64,000 bases of DNA. It comes from an uncultured Verrucomicrobiae bacterium. GTDB lineage: Bacteria > Verrucomicrobiota > Verrucomicrobiia > Limisphaerales > JAFGQR01. The stretch is taken from positions 128,001-192,000 of the forward strand of contig CAWBHS010000022.1 of NCBI GenBank assembly GCA_963788655.1, read 5' to 3'. The notes beneath the pieces are model-generated. The model made no database searches, had not been told where the DNA came from, and saw only the letters and a program-made list of their open reading frames with translations. A program made the position numbers and the translations under genes. Of the stretch, positions 63,286 to 64,000 are shown piece after piece (positions within the stretch are counted from its first letter, which is position 1; every line of letters begins with the position of its first letter).

Positions 63286-64000
63286 ATGAGTATCATTCCG
63301 TGTTGCGCAATGCTGGTCTGCGGCCTCCACCTGACTTCGGTCAACGCAGTCGTCGGCCAGGATCAATCCAATTCTGGAGGGACTGACGGCCTGGACATTG
63401 GCTCCCAGCGGCAGCTCTTTGTTGATCGTCTGGTGCTGGATCGCCTGCAAAACGTCCGGCTGCAACTCCATTCCCCGCAGCCTCAGGAGGTGGTGTTCAA
63501 GTTCGACGCGCCCTGGGAAGGAGCGATGTGCGCCTACGTCACGGTGATGCGCGATGACGATGTCTATCGGTTGTATTACCGGGCGGGTGGCGAAACGACG
63601 CAGGAATTCACCGCCATGGCTTTGAGCTCGGACGGCATTCACTGGACGCGCCCGAAACTTGGGCTGTTTGAATTCCAAGGCAGCCAAGAGAACAACATCA
63701 TCTACCGCGGCCGTCGAAAGGCCTATTGGGAATCACACAATTTCACCCCGTTCAAAGATCTCAATCCTGCCACGCTGCCGTCGCATAAATACAAAGCAGT
63801 GGCGCTTGGCCGCTACGTCCGCCCGGATGGTGAAGATGTGAAAGCCCTTGTGGCGCTGGCGTCGTCGGATGGCGTGCATTGGCAACGAATGCAGGAGGAA
63901 GCAATCATCACTCAAGGTTCGTTTGACTCGCAGAACGTGGCGTTTAGGGACACCGTCCGCGGCGAATACGTCTGTTACTTGCGCGACGGACGAGAGGTGC
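63286..64000 (+). CDS. Exported glycoside-hydrolase-like beta-propeller protein, truncated by the window edge
   Basis: Frame open from ATG 63286: LDIGSQRQLFVD, DAPWEG, YRLYYR, SSDGIHW.RP.LG, SSDGVHW and FDSQN. Confidence 0.75.
   Translation, partial: MSIIPCCAMLVCGLHLTSVNAVVGQDQSNSGGTDGLDIGSQRQLFVDRLVLDRLQNVRLQLHSPQPQEVVFKFDAPWEGAMCAYVTVMRDDDVYRLYYRAGGETTQEFTAMALSSDGIHWTRPKLGLFEFQGSQENNIIYRGRRKAYWESHNFTPFKDLNPATLPSHKYKAVALGRYVRPDGEDVKALVALASSDGVHWQRMQEEAIITQGSFDSQNVAFRDTVRGEYVCYLRDGREV

Overview
This is a ~60% GC bacterial chromosome segment. Its gene content (DUF1592/DUF1552 pair, sulfatase, PQQ-propeller, DUF4838, large secreted proteins with an 'STDLxxW...FYR' module) suggests a PVC-superphylum organism, probably Verrucomicrobia; that placement is inference. 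Housekeeping genes include a ctpA-like 3' end, tsaD, hemB, an FKBP PPIase, ychF, pabB/pabC, ftsK and a probable PPi-PFK, alongside two-component, transport and secreted-enzyme genes. Five observations stand out. (1) An integrase-less integron cassette array at ~50130-51690 has an attI-like site, two cassettes for small membrane proteins and a hicBA cassette; in cassettes 2 and 3 the start core matches the cassette's own inverse core exactly, and cassette 1 is one T short. (2) A sugar ABC transporter, a plant-type galacturonokinase-like kinase and a nucleotidyltransferase form an operon (51790-58224) that looks like a bacterial uronic-acid salvage pathway. (3) At least six families of palindromic REP/MITE-like repeats occur, two of them in-frame inside genes, plus a 4x ~123-bp tandem array and a nested element. 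(4) MarR, a Spinster-type MFS and an Aas-like enzyme form an operon suggestive of lysophospholipid recycling. (5) About a dozen genes carry single-base indels, about 12 of them in the 3' half of ftsK; these are most likely consensus errors rather than biology. No rRNA, tRNA or CRISPR array was recognised. All homology calls come from motif recognition, not database searches.
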